Position numbers and translations under genes: made by a program. The notes beneath the pieces are model-generated. The model ran no database searches and was not told the DNA's origin. It saw only the letters and a list, made by a program, of their open reading frames with translations. 64,000 nucleotides of DNA from Camelus dromedarius (lineage: Eukaryota): positions 108,068,001 through 108,132,000 of the forward strand of contig NC_087436.1 of assembly GCF_036321535.1 (NCBI RefSeq). Reading direction: 5' to 3'. This document shows positions 25,846 to 38,899 of this stretch, in pieces. The stretch's first letter is position 1. Each line of letters starts with the position of its first letter.

Positions 25846-26789
25846 AGAAGCTCAGATGGCCCAAGTCCTTGGTTCTCGTTCTTTCCAAGGTGTCCAGTGA
25901 TAAAGTGAATGCCCAGGTGACCTTATCTTCTGAATAAGAATACTAAGAAATAAAAGAAGAGGAGAATGAAGACTAAGTTGGCTGATTGCTGCTATGGCCA
26001 GATTTTTTCAGGTCTTTAAATGGAAAAAAAAAAAAGCCCTTAAGTCTCACACAGCAGCAGCAGTCCATGGCACCGTCTACACTATGTGTGTGAGGGCAAA
26101 CGCTTATGGAAATGAATCTATGTTTCAGCAGGAAAATAAAATGGAGATTCTAGGCTTATCTCTGAAGAAGGGTGTGGAGCGAGTTTATCTGGGGAGGAGG
26201 CTACACAAGAAAATTCTCAGCAATCAATATTGTATTAAAAAAATCCATCTGCACTCATAGACTGTGGGTAAATCTTCAAAATGTGCCCAGATGCTTATGA
26301 GAGAAACAGTTCTTTGCTAAAGGCAAAATTATGAAAACATTGAGAACATGCTTCTCAGACTGATGAAAGATTGGGAAGAATAGGTGTTTCCCCCAAACCT
26401 GTTCCGCTTACACACAGGAGTTATTATTCTATAAGCGTGATAATATTATTTTCACCTCAGTTGAAAATAAATCCTGCTCAGTTTGCTAAACTCTATATTA
26501 TAAAATTCCTTAAGTTAAATATGGTATCTAGGTCCCTCTATGAAATTATTTTTCCATCAAAAATTTTCAGAATGGTAAAGATGGTATTGTTCAATAATAT
26601 GTATTATTTTTATAAGCAATTATATTTCCTTTTGCTTTGAGTGCTTCTCAAACTTAGGGTTTATCTGTTATGGTTTTAATGGCTCCCATGGTAGAAAAGT
26701 GGGGTGGAATTCAATGCTCTGACCCAAAGGGGTGACTTACGTGGGTTTTCCGGAGTCCATGGGAAGCAGAGACGTGGGCTATGACGTTC

Positions 26790-27030
26790 CATAATGCTTC
26801 AGAGCATGGATTTGGGCATCAGGCAAATTGTGGAACATATTCAGGATATGATACTTAATATCACAGGAAATTTAGGAGAGTCAGTTATTCTTTCTTATCC
26901 TTCATTCACCCATCCTTTTGTGGGGGGAATAAGAAGACCTACCTCAAAATTTCTTGTGAAGATTGGATAACCCAACAAAATTGTTCACCATGGTGCCCTG
27001 CCCATAAAGAATGTTCAGTAAATACATATT
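26790..27030 (+). mobile_element. MIR SINE
   Basis: gagcatggatttgggcatcaggc...acctacctcaaaatttcttgtgaagattgga...tgttcagtaaata. Confidence 0.65.
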
Positions 27031-27299
27031 ATTGGTATTTTGCAAGTCTAGAATGTCTAAAGGGAGTTCATATCACAGACTCATTATCTTCCTTTTTGTC
27101 TATATGTTACTTTTCTGCAAAAATAATATAAAAACAGCAGAAGGGATTCACGTAAAAAAAACTGCCTACGTTTCCCATCACTTAATGAAATGAATGTTTT
27201 CTTCTAACCTATATGTCTTTCTCATAGATGTATATTAAAATATTTCATATTTTCATACATTTTATAGCTGTATATTCTAGATGTTAGCACTATATCACA

Positions 27300-27720
27300 A
27301 GAGCATTTATTTTGTGGCAGTCTCCTTTTTTCTTATGTTATCTGTGCCCTCCTTCCGATGAAATAGGTCACCATTCTTTGCAAATGAGACACACATACAT
27401 AGAGAATGTAGTTTTATTTCACAAAAATAGGGTCATACCATATACATATGCATGTCTTTGTAACTTGTTTTCTCACATAACAATATGTCGTGGGCATGTG
27501 TCTAAGTAAATGACACAATCTTACAGCAATAAAAGCTCAATATCAGATCATAAGGATGTGTTTATAAGGTTATTTATTGTAGTACTATTTGTGGTAGCAG
27601 GACAACTGAAAAATCTTGAATATCTGCCAGTAGGAGTATGGGGAATAGACTGAATTACATCCGTGTTATGGAACATTGTGTGGCTATTTAAAAACATATT
27701 TAAAAAATAAATTAAAATAA
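27300..27720. mobile_element. Ancient L1ME-like 3' region in two opposed pieces (minus ~27300-27510, plus ~27548-27700)
   Basis: Minus: caaaaatagggtcataccatatacata...aacttgttttctcacataacaatatgtc. Plus: aaggttatttattgtagtactatttgtggtagca...atggaacattgtgtggctatttaaaa. Confidence 0.6.
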
Positions 27721-30129
27721 AGTATAACCTCAAATATATATAGAGAGAGAGCTTCTTGTGTAGACATTTGTTAATTAATTAATTAATTAATTGGACTGGA
27801 TTGGAAAAGAAGGCAAGGGTTACTTAATCCAGTGCCATCATTTTTCAGAAGAGGCAACTGAGACCTGAAGCAACTTGCTCAACTTTGGGCTTGGAGAGAT
27901 GCAGAATGCCTGCTTGATTCTCGGTCCAGGGCTCACCTTGGTTCAGGGCTCACCTCACAGCCCCCCAACTCCTGCCACATTGGCTGTGAGGTTTTACATG
28001 GAGCAGAGGGTCAGCTATGGACAGCTCCGAATATGAATTTGCATCCTGCCTTTAAAAGGCTTTTAGTGTGACTACCGCAGTGAGAGTTTAATAGTGCATT
28101 TACTATGCTGGAGAGCGTGTAACATGAAAACTGCATTAGGTGGTTTTCGGTTACAGCACGTAGTTAGTGTCACCCATTGCCACGCATTTGTTCCCTGACT
28201 GATTTTCCTGGAGAAGGTCACAGCCCTGTGTTACTTTGCTCTGCACCACCGTGCCAGGATCCTGCATATGTAATCGTGCTGCTCTGATGAGAAGGGGGCG
28301 TGGCAGCAAGTTCCCGGGGAGTGTGTGCAGTGTGATCGTCCTCAGACTGCTGTTTGGAAATGAATCCTCAGAGCACACCCAAGGACACTGAAAAGGCACC
28401 GAGGATTCTGAGGCATTATTTTCCTTCCACTAGTCAGAACTGAATTTAGGATTGTGAAACAAAGTCCAAGACAAGGCTTTGTTTTCAGCCTAATTTAATA
28501 TTTTGCTTTATGTGAGTCAAAGCAAGAATTTATAATTTTGGGAGAATGGCAGCAGTTGCGTGTTGTTGTTACATTGCTTCGTTTTCCGTAGTGACGCGCC
28601 AATGTGTGCTGTCCTGTCAGTTTCATCTGAAAGTCGCATGTGCTGGCGGCTCCGGTGGTTTCATAATATGTTGGAGGTAATTATTAGCTGCAGGACTAGA
28701 GTATGTGCTGATTTTTTGGCATTTGGCCTGTGGCATTAGTGTAGTTATAAAAGCATCAATGGAAACTTTAGTGGGAACTTTGCAAAAGAGAATCATAACC
28801 ATGTTTATTATATTAATGAGGGAATATTTTTTGGTGATTATCTAAGGCCATTACATCTAATATTTCTGGCTATTTACCTAAGTGAGAAAGATCCTTTTTT
28901 TGCTGAACAAATCAAGAAAATTTCCATTTTAATATCACTGTTATTTCTCATAATCTTTAGTTCTTTGTTTTTGTTTTCAGCTCCGATTTTTTTTTTTAAT
29001 TTGCATCTTCTCTTTAAAAAATGTTTTATGGTAAATAAATAGTGGAAGGCAGTTCAATTTTGAATGGAAAATAGGGCAAAGCCATTTATAACTGAGACAG
29101 TGTGACAGCAGCCTTGTAGATCACCTCTGTCTCCTCCAGGAGTTCCATCCATAGTCAGCCTTAACTGTCACTTCTATACGGATGGCTTCCACATGTGACC
29201 TTCAGCCTTGACCTTTCTTCTGACTGCTAGATTAACATTTCTAAATGCTCAGTATGTATCTTAACAGTATTGAGAGTTAATTACTGACCTCTGCCTGGTA
29301 AGTAGTAGAAACTCAATTAAAATTTTTCTGAATCAACTCTTTCTATGTGTTAGTTGGGATTTAGGGGGAGGCTGGTACATTCATTACTTCTTTCATTTTT
29401 TAAAATTATATACTGCCCTTCAATTAGTTACCTCAGACTCAAAATTGTCTTTCCAGGGGTCTCACCTCCCCAGAGGATGAAACAGAAAGTCCTGTGCCTC
29501 TTCCTTAAGAAACAAAAACAAGCAAACATTGGTTGAGTTCAGCTTACTCGTAATTATATTAACCAAATTGTACATAGTATGTGATAATTGAAAAAGAAAG
29601 ACTAATCTTCAAAAACTATACTAGTGGAAGGGAAGAGTATTAGCATGCTGGATCCTAGTTCAGATCATCTGTGCGGCTTCATTGTTTTAAGTACATTGGC
29701 TATTCTAGTAAAATATTTTGTCAAGGCACTATCACCATGCCTGTGTGCGCTCATCAGATTTGAACAGACACCACATGGCTGCTTGTAACTGATGACTTCT
29801 GCTGGAGCCAAATGAGTAACCTGATTGTTTCAAACCAGCCTGTGGGTTGCCTTTGATATAAGTGAAAATGAAGCTTCCTTCTGCCACTTGTGATTTGTTT
29901 CGACATGGAAAGCAGGGGATACATCACCAAGACCACATCCCAGCCTCTCAGCCGCTGCCGGTCGCAGTAGGCTGAAGTACCTGGTGGGTTAGTGAAACAT
30001 TCATGGACTCTTAACTGTATCATCTTCAAGCTGCAATTGATTTTTCATTACAAGATGGAGGTTGGCTTAGGTTGCTTTGATTATCAAAATTCTGTGTTTT
30101 TGAGAACTCAGGAAATACTAAATTTGTTA

Positions 30130-30261
30130 GATTTCTTGCCCTAAACCCAAGGATTCTGTGACTGTGTGTTGAAGGTAGGGCCCCCAAAATCTGTCTTTTA
30201 AACAGGCATTCCAGGTAGTTCTGTTGACAATTGACCAAAGACCATACTTTGAGAAAAACTG
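30130..30261. mobile_element. MER5-like hAT-Charlie fragment
   Basis: gggcccccaaaatctgtcttttaaacaggcattccaggtagttctg...accatactttgagaaaaactg. Confidence 0.75.
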
Positions 30262-32167
30262 GGGAAGAGTTTGGATAAAATTGAAGTGAGTAAGTTCCAG
30301 GGATCTCAATTAAAGTTAAAAAAAAAAGTATATAAACACTTTAAAATTGCTAGATCCTTGTGCGATATTGTTTTTATGCTCCCAATAATCACACGTGTTT
30401 TTTCAGGCAGGGGATTGCAAGGCTGCTGAAGAGTAAAATGAGTTTGAGTAAAGACAAATAGCTTGGTGTTTAATTCCAGCGCTAGATTAGAACCCAGTTC
30501 CTTACTCTGTATAGCCCATCAGAAAGTGGAGGAAAATCTGTCACAAAGAAAATAAGCTAATATAAATTGTTTTCAGCCTAATTTGGTGGAAACATGGGCC
30601 CTGGGACACATCAGGCCCTCCTTTTAATAATCTGGGGGTAAGTCTGTGACTGGGAAGGGGGCAGCTTTCTTCCTGCTGGTACCTCTCAGTCTACCCTCTT
30701 CGCAAGTTCTTCATGCTGTCGTGGAAGGAAATCCATGTCCATGTCCGTGATCTGAGCCCTGTCTCTGCTTGTCAGACTCTTTAATGTGTTTTTATTTTCT
30801 TCTAAGTATAGCACATGCATCTGACTCTGACTTTCAGGGCTCTCCTTCAGCAAAACACATCTGTTTCCAGCTACCATAACAATAATGATTAGGCTTTTGG
30901 ATGGGGCTCCCAGTGGGTGGGGCCCCATTATCGGGGTTCTCAGCTCTTGGTGACACGTGTTTTCAATGGACAGTTTCCCTGTGACATACACTGTATCGTA
31001 AACAAGTTCTACTTACCCCTGAATTCTTATATATGAGTAACTATGGCTCTCCCTGTTAAAAACAAAGCAAAAAATAGGTAGAACTTCATCTTTTAGGAAA
31101 ATGTTCACTTTTTCTGCTCTCTAGTTTTCTTTTTCCTCATAATTTGTATTAAATACATACTTGTATGGATCTATTTGCTTGTGAGTGTATTATCTCACCT
31201 CCTTGATGCCAATAGGAATACAGAATTCTCATATCTATCAATAGTTTTGGTCTCATTGTTTGATATTAAATTATGGATGATTTAATGAATCATTGCATTA
31301 TATAGGTGTTACTTAGAATACTAATTGTTTGTTTTTTTGGTTGATTTAGACATAGACACATGGAATGGGGACTTCTCGCACCTTGCTTTGTATCCCCAAG
31401 GGTGTTTCCAAAGTTGATGCAAAAGTTATTAATGTGTTGGTATGCTCTTTATTCATTGAAGTAGGCAAATGGTGGTGTTTCTGGAATAATAATGGACATG
31501 GCATTGGGACATTCCTCTCTAATGGACACCAGCTAGTCTGATATTTTATCAAGACCCACTTTCAAAACCTGTGACTTTGCCGCAAGGCTCTGCTCTGCTT
31601 CTCTCTGCAGCCCCATGGTGAGCTATTTTTAAGCTGCACATGTTTAATTTTGCAACTTGTGACAATTTGAAAAGCATAACAGTGTCTGTTTCCACTGAGA
31701 CACACTGAATACAGGAAAATGTATTGAGAGGAGCAGCATTTGGGGGAAAGCTCCATTGTGGCAAGAGCCTTCTTGGGAAATCACTGGGTTCTTTCTTCCT
31801 TGAAGGAAAGCCAACATTCTTCCCTTAATTGATAAGTCATGTTTATTTTTCTATTCTAAGGAACAATGAGGGTGACTCAAGTGTGTTTAAGAACTGCTTT
31901 ACCTGGACTTGGACTTCTCAAGAAGAGCTGATCAGAAAAAAAATAAAATAAAATTCCAAAAGAGAAATACACCTGGAAATGAGCCTGCACTTTTCACATT
32001 CCCCTGTAACTTACTTAACAAGACCAGTGGTTTCCTGTGGAGTCACCCCCATCATGGGACCTTTGGTTCTTACTGATGTGCAAGTTTGCCTTTAAATTAA
32101 ATTTAGCTATCACTGTACTGCAGGAAACTTTAGTAGTTTCATGCACTAAAAGTGCTAACACTAGTCT

Positions 32168-32705
32168 GTGGATAAAGAAGAAGTGGTATATTTATACAAT
32201 GGAATACTATTCAGCCACAAATACCGACAACATAACACTGTTTGCAGCAACATGGATGTTCCTGGAGAATGTCATTCTAAGTGAAGTAAGCCAGAAAGAG
32301 AAAGAAAAATACCATATGAGATCGCTCATATGTGGAATCTAAAAAAAACCCAAAAAACAAAACATAAATACAAAACAGAAACAGACTCATAGACATAGAA
32401 TACAAACTTGTGTATTTTGCCCAAGGGGGCAGGGGTTGGGAAGGGACAGACCAGGATTTCAAAATGTAAAACAGATGAACAAGATTATACTATATAGCAC
32501 AGGGAAGTGTATACAAGATTTTGTGGTAGCTCACAGCGAAAAAAAAGATGTGACAGTGAATATATGTATGTTCACGTATAACTGAAAAATTGTGCTCTAC
32601 AATGGAATTTGACACAACATTGTAAAATGACTAAAACTCAATTGAAAAATTTTTAAAAATACAATATAAAATAAATCCTAGATCTAGGAGAGAATTTAAA
32701 AAAAA
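32168..32705 (+). mobile_element. Young lineage-specific L1 3' end (ORF2 C-terminus + 3' UTR + tail)
   Basis: Open frame WIKKKWYIYTMEYYSA...TWMFLENVILSEVSQKEKEKYHMRSLICGI* is the L1 ORF2p C-terminus; flanked by imperfect direct repeats aaaagtgctaacactagtctgt / aaaactgctaactagtctgt. Confidence 0.93.
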
Positions 32706-33249
32706 CTGCTAACTAGTCTGTTCATCTAGAAAACCCTTGAGCTCTGGAGAGCTATTGTAAAGCTCACTCACATTTCTTTGTGAATGGCAGTAACTTTTAC
32801 TCAAGCACTTCTGAAACGTTGAGGACATCTGTTATTTTTGAACACGCAACCTTGATTGTTGATATTATGGGAGTTAATGGTTATATTAATGCAAATTAGC
32901 TGATAATTAAGAGCTTTTTCCTTCTCTAATGCTCTGTGACATTTTATATTTATCTTCCTATTTATGTTTTGTATGTTCCTGAGGATAACATTAAGCAACA
33001 ATATTTTCCCCTACACATCCCCCAGCAGTAAATAGATACAGGCAATGGGTTCACCAACACAACTGGTGATTTGTAGTTGCTTTTCCTAGAGAAAAGATTA
33101 GTCAGATTGATGCTCTGGGCTTCAGCATCAAAAATGAGCCTTTACAGAGGGCTGACTTCAAGAAAGTTCTCCAGTAGAATGATTTATAGTCTTGACCGAC
33201 CATTCAGAGACTACAGAAAGATGCACGTACTGAGAATGTTCCCATGTGT

Positions 33250-33525
33250 GTACTCTAGGTCTCCTCGTGGCTCGCTCCTGCGTCCCCTTCAAATCTTTGC
33301 TTACATATCACCTCAGTGAGGACTTCTCTGATCACCCCATTTTACTTGCATCATCATCCCCTCCCATCCATTTAGCATATTCACTTCTCCTGGCCCCGTT
33401 CTATTGTCTTTGTCCTCCCTTTATATTATAAGCTCCATGAATCACTGGTTTTTGTCTGTTTGGTTCACTTGTGTATATTCAGAACCTAAAGTTATAATAC
33501 ATAGTAGGTGCTAAAAAGTACTTAA
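33250..33525 (+). mobile_element. L2 3' end
   Basis: cttcaaatctttgcttacatatcacctcagtgaggacttctctgatcaccc...aagctccatga...catagtaggtgct. Confidence 0.8.
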
Positions 33526-33659
33526 TTTTTCTATTTCTTTAATTTTTAAGTAAACTTTTTATTTTGAGATAATTGTAGATTCACATGCAATTGTAAGAAA
33601 TGATACAAAGAGATTCATGGTAAAGTATTTGGTTTTCCCCAGTGGTAACATCTTACAAA

Positions 33660-33770
33660 AATACTGCTGTATATAAAATAGATTAACAACAAGGTCTTAC
33701 TGTATAGCATAGGGAACTATATTCAATACTCTGTAATGGCCTATAATGAAAAAGAATATGAAAAGGAATA

Positions 33771-33818
<48 letters not shown>

Positions 33819-33888
33819 AATCACTATGCTATACACCAAAAATTAACACAACACCATAAATCAACTATACTTCAATTGAAAGAAAAAC
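33660..33888 (+). mobile_element. Cetartiodactyl-type L1 3' UTR fragment nested in the L1MC element
   Basis: aacaacaaggtcttactgtatagcatagggaactatattcaata...aacacaacaccataaatcaactatacttcaattg; host L1MC sequence resumes after it. Confidence 0.85.
33772..33815. repeat. (AC)22 microsatellite
   Basis: Perfect dinucleotide run inside the nested L1 3' UTR. Confidence 0.97.
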
Positions 33889-36669
33889 TAGTAGTATCAC
33901 AACTAGGGTATTGACACCAATATAGTCAATGTCAGTTGACAACCAAGGATCTAGCATGCTGCACTTTTGTAGCTACATTTACTTCCCTCTGGCCCCACCC
34001 TTTCCTTAATCTTAGGCATCCATTAATCTGTTGTCTATTTTTATAATTTTGTCATTTCAAGAATGTTATATAGGTGAAATCATGCAATATGTGACCTTTT
34101 TCAGTTGGCTTTTTTTCACTCCAAATAATCCCCTTGAGATTCATCCAGGTTGTGGATATCAATAGTCTGTTCCTTTTTTCTTGCTAGTATGGATGTCCCA
34201 CTGTTTGCTTAACTATTCACTCCTTCAAGAATGTCTAGGTTGTTTCCAGTTTGGGGCTGTTACAGGCAAAAATACTATAAATGCTGGACATGTATTTTCA
34301 TTTCTCTGGGATAACAGCTCAGGAGTACAACTGCTGGGTTAAATGGTTGATGTATGTTTAGAATTCGTTTAAAAAGTTCCCACGCTATTTTTTCAAAGTG
34401 GCTGTACCATTTTACACTTCCACCAGCAATATACGAATGGTCCAGTTTCTCTGCATCCTCACCAACCTTTGGTCTGAACACTAATTTTTCATTTTAGCCA
34501 TTCTAATAGATGTATAGTGATACCTTATTGTAGTTTTATTTTGTACTTCAATAATGATTAATGGTATCAAGTATCTTTGATATGCTTTGTTGCCATTTGC
34601 ATATCTTATTTTGTGAAATGTCTTCGTGTCTTTTGTTCATGTTCTAATTGGATTGTGTGCTTTTTACTATTTTTTGTAAGTTCTTTACATATTCTGGATA
34701 CTAGTCTTTTGTCAGATATGTGGTTTGTAAATATTTCCTTCCACTCTATAGCTTGTTTTCATCCTCTTAACAGGGTCTTTGATGAGTGAGAGTTTTTAAA
34801 TTTGATGACATCCAACTTAGCAATTTCTCTTTTGTAAGTAATGCTTTTGGTGTCAAGTCTGAAAAATCTTTACCTACCCTCAAATGGTAGAGATTTTCTC
34901 CTATTTTTTAAAGCTTTTATAATTTTACATTTAATTCTATGATCCATTGTGAACTAATAATATATGTATAAGGTATGAGATCTTGGTGAAGGTTGTTTTT
35001 GACTATAAATGTCCAATAGCCCAAGAACCACCTGCTGAAAGACTCTGTTTTCTCCATTGAATTTCTCTTGGCATCTTTTGTCAAAAATCAGTTGTGATAA
35101 TTGTGTGGATCTCTTTTTAGGTTTTCTGTTCTGTCCCACTGAACTATGCACCCATCTTTCTACCAATGCCACAGTCTTGAAACCACGTAACTCTCGAAAT
35201 CAGGTAGAATTATTTCAAGACTTAATCTTCTTTTCAAAATCGTTTCAGCTATTCTAGTTCCTTTGTCTCTCCCTATAATCCACATAATCTTTTCTATATT
35301 TAAAAAATAATCTTGGTCAGATTTAGATTGGAATTGTGTTAAACCTGTATATCAATTTAGGGACCATTGGCATCTTTACTATGCTGAGTATTCCGATATA
35401 TGAACACAGAGTATCTCCATTGACTTAAATCTTCTTTTATTTCCTTCATCAGAGGTTTTTGTCATTTTCAGCATACAAATTTCATATATATTTTATTAGA
35501 TTTAAACCTAGGTATTCAGTTTTTGAGCAATTGTGAATGATACTGTGTTTTAATTTTCAGTGTCCTGTTTATTGCTAGCACAGCGGACTCTTAGTAGTAC
35601 AAGTGAAGTCAGTTTAGCTAGTATCATCGGTGACCTTGCTGAACTCACCATTAATTCTAGGAGGTTTTGTTTTTTGTTTTTTGTTTTAGTTTTTTTGAAT
35701 TTTCTACATAGACAACCATGTCATCCTCAAATAGGATAATTTTATTTTCTTTTTTACAATCTGTATGTTGTTAACTTCCTTTCTTACCTATTGCACTGAT
35801 AATACTTCCAACACTAGATTGAATAATACTGGTCAAAGCAGGCGTTCTTTCTTGCCTTGTTACTGATCTTTGGGTGAAACCATTCAGTTTCTCACCACTA
35901 AGTATAATATTACCAGTAGGTTTTTGTAGATATGCTTTATTGAGCTGAGAAAGTTGCCCTCTATTCCTATCTCACTGATTTTTTTTAATATGACTGCATG
36001 TTGAATTTGTCATATATTTTTTTCTGAATCAATAGATATTATTATGTGATTCTTTTTCTTCAGCTGTTAATATGGTAGATTACTTTGATTGGGTTTTCCA
36101 TATCAAGTCAGTCTTACAGCCTTATGGCCTTCAACTGAACCCCACCTGGTTGTGGTACATAATCCTTTTTATATATTGCTGAATTTTTTGTTAATGTTTG
36201 TTAAGGATTTTTTGAGTCTCTATTATATAGTGAGAGATCTTTGTTCATAGTTTAGTTTTTTGGTGTTGTCTTTATTAGGGTAATACCGTGTTCACAAAAG
36301 GAGTGTGGAAGTGTTACCTCCCTTCTGTTTTCTTGAAGGTATTGTGAGGGATTGATATAAATTTGTCTTCATGTATTTGGTAGACTTCTCCAATGAAATC
36401 ATATAGCCTGAAGATTTCTTCTTTTGAGAAGTTTTAAAATCGTAAATTCAATTTATTTAACAATTATAAAGATGTCCAAATTATCTATTTCATGTTTGGT
36501 AGAGTTTTTAAAGAATTGATCCATTTCATCTAAATTGTCAAATTTATGTCTATAGAGTTCTCTATCATATTGTCTTATTATCCTTTGATATCTGCAGCTT
36601 CTATAATGATATCATCCTTTTAAATAGGTATTTTTAAATGAATTACTTAAAATATATATATCTTGAATT

Positions 36670-37582
36670 TGAATACATTAAAATATCTTAATTCTAGTAT
36701 GTCCAAAGTAGAATTTTTAATTTTCTTAACTCCCATAGTCTACCCATAGTGTTGCTATTTTACCAATTCATTCATCTAATTGTTCAAGCCCTAAACTAAG
36801 TTATTCTTAATTCTTCTCTTTCCCTCATTCCGAACTCTACAAATTCTGTTTCAAAATATATCCAGAAATCCAACCACATCTCCTTCCACTCCAAGCCATG
36901 CCACCATCATTTCTCTTCTGGATCACTGTGATGTTCCTCATATGTGTTCCTTCTTCCAGTCTTACTCCCCTCCACTTCATCCTTTATATAGCTGACAGAT
37001 CATATAACTTTCTCGTTTCCTGGAGTAACTTTCCAGTACACATAGACTAAATCCAAATTCCTCACCCTGGCTATAAAGCCCTATATACTAGTAGATCCTG
37101 GCTCGTAGCCCCCATCTTCCTCTATGAAATCATCTCCTTAAGCTCTCCTGACTCAGTACACTTCTGCAGCCATACCTTTCTTTCTGTTTCTTGAGGATGC
37201 CAAGCTCTTTTCCATCTTGGAGTGTTGGCACAAGCTTTTCACTCTGCCCGACATGCTCTTTCTCAGACATCTCATAGTTGATGGTTGGCTCCTTCTTGTA
37301 ATTTATATCCCAGATTAACTGTCTTTTTAAGAAATCTTTTCACTAGCTGTTCAACCTGTTCATTTTCTATTCTATCAACCTGGTTTTAGTAGTCTCCATA
37401 GCACTTATTCAAAGTGATATTTTCTTATTTACTCTGCTAATTTATTGTTTTCAAATCCGAGACGTAGGCTCCATGAACACAGGGGCTTTACCTTTCTTGG
37501 TTACTGCTGTATCTCCAGGGACCTGGAACCCTGAATGGAACACAACAAATGCTAAGTACATAATTTTTTGCATAAATGAATG
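36670..37582 (+). mobile_element. L2 (L2a-like) ~0.9 kb
   Basis: tcaaaatatatccagaaatccaaccac...aaatccaaattcctcaccctggctataaagccct...gtaggctccatgaacacagggg...taaatgaatg. Confidence 0.85.
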
Positions 37583-38899
37583 GAATTGCTGTACTTAATG
37601 TCAGCTACATCATATCTTATTTTACTTTCCATCAAAGGAACAAAATGTCCTGTTACCTTTTTATAGATAAGAAAGTAGGGCTTTCAAATAATCAGTCCCA
37701 ACTATTCTAGTGTATTTCTGCCTATTTTGAACTGAGTCAGAGTTGTCATCACTCACAGCAAATGCATGGGAGCAAGAACTTTAAAACATATATTGCTAAC
37801 CTTTATGTATAAACCTTTTCTGTTTGTTTGTTTTAATCTCAGAGACTTTCAGCTAAAGCTCTGAAAAATTCCTGGAAAGCATGCTCCATTATCCCATTCA
37901 GATGATTATACCAGTGAGTCTGGTGAGAATCTGGGAGGGTTAGAGAGAAGAGTGAGTTGCTGCTAAATCTGTTTGTCCACGATTCCAGGAGTGCTTCTTT
38001 CTTTATTGTAAAAGAACATCATTCCACGCATAGTGTTGTTGAGAAATATTCGTTCCAACCAGAATTGTTATAATTGTCAGAAAAAAAAAAAAGATCTGTC
38101 TAGGTATTTAAAATATGGAGGACGTACATCAATATATACTAAATCTCTGGGAGGTAATGTTTATATATATATGCAAAACAGGCAAAAACAAATACATAAA
38201 CAAACACTCTGAATATAAATTAGAGGGAGACAAATCCTTGAAACTGCCCAAGGCACTCAAGAATGGAAAAAAATAAATAAATAAAATAAACCTAAAAGTG
38301 CACCTTCCAAGAAGGCAAGCCTGTATTTTCCTAGCTTTTATAGCAACTGCCTACCTCTGTAACTCTGTCTTTAATAGAAAAGCACTTTGTGAGAATTGCA
38401 AACTCTCTCAGTTGTTCACTATTAACTTAAAATAAGTCAACTGGTAAGGAGCTACAGGTTGCACTTTGCCTTTTAGAAATACGAAGAAACTGAGGCAGCT
38501 CTTTCTCTTAGGATAATGCAGTTAAGTTAGTTTGGAGCTCTGTTGCCTGGAGGCAAATTATAGGGGCTTAAGAGTTGTGGTTTTTCAGGCTACTGTATTT
38601 TAAAGGAGACAGTAATTTTTCCCCCCTACTTTCCAAACACCTGCGCCTGGACAGTGCAGAAAAACACAGCCAAATTTGGAGAACAGCTTATTTTCCACTT
38701 CTGTGCCCATGAAGTGGAATATATTTATCTGTGACAAAAGAGCATTGCCTGTGTTTGGTGGTAAATCTCCAGCTCTGTTTGTCTACAAGCAGGGTCCGCT
38801 TCTCAAATGAGCCTTTTCACCATTTAGGCTTCCTGAGTCTGATTAACACCACCAGGGAGTTGTCTGGTGTCTGACCTTGAACAGCATGCTTTCCTACTT

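Larger units (their letters stand above)
33540..36620 (-). mobile_element. L1MC-like element, ~3 kb, degenerate ORF2 + 3' end
   Basis: ttttattttgagataattgtagattcacatgcaattgtaagaaa (L1MC-type 3' end); gtggctgtaccattttacacttccaccagcaat; cattcagtttctcaccactaagtataat. Confidence 0.88.

Noticed and set aside
32037..32342. 101-aa ORF as a host gene
   Set aside because: Its C-terminal half is the L1 ORF2p C-terminus of a truncated insertion.
13133..32650. Opposed young L1 3' ends (13133 minus, 32168 plus) as a dsRNA stem
   Set aside because: They are about 19 kb apart, belong to distinguishable subfamilies, and this arrangement is common in introns.
38638..38659. REST/NRSE-like motif cctgcgcctggacagtgca upstream of the promoter
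   Set aside because: Only the right half-site matches well and the spacer is non-canonical.
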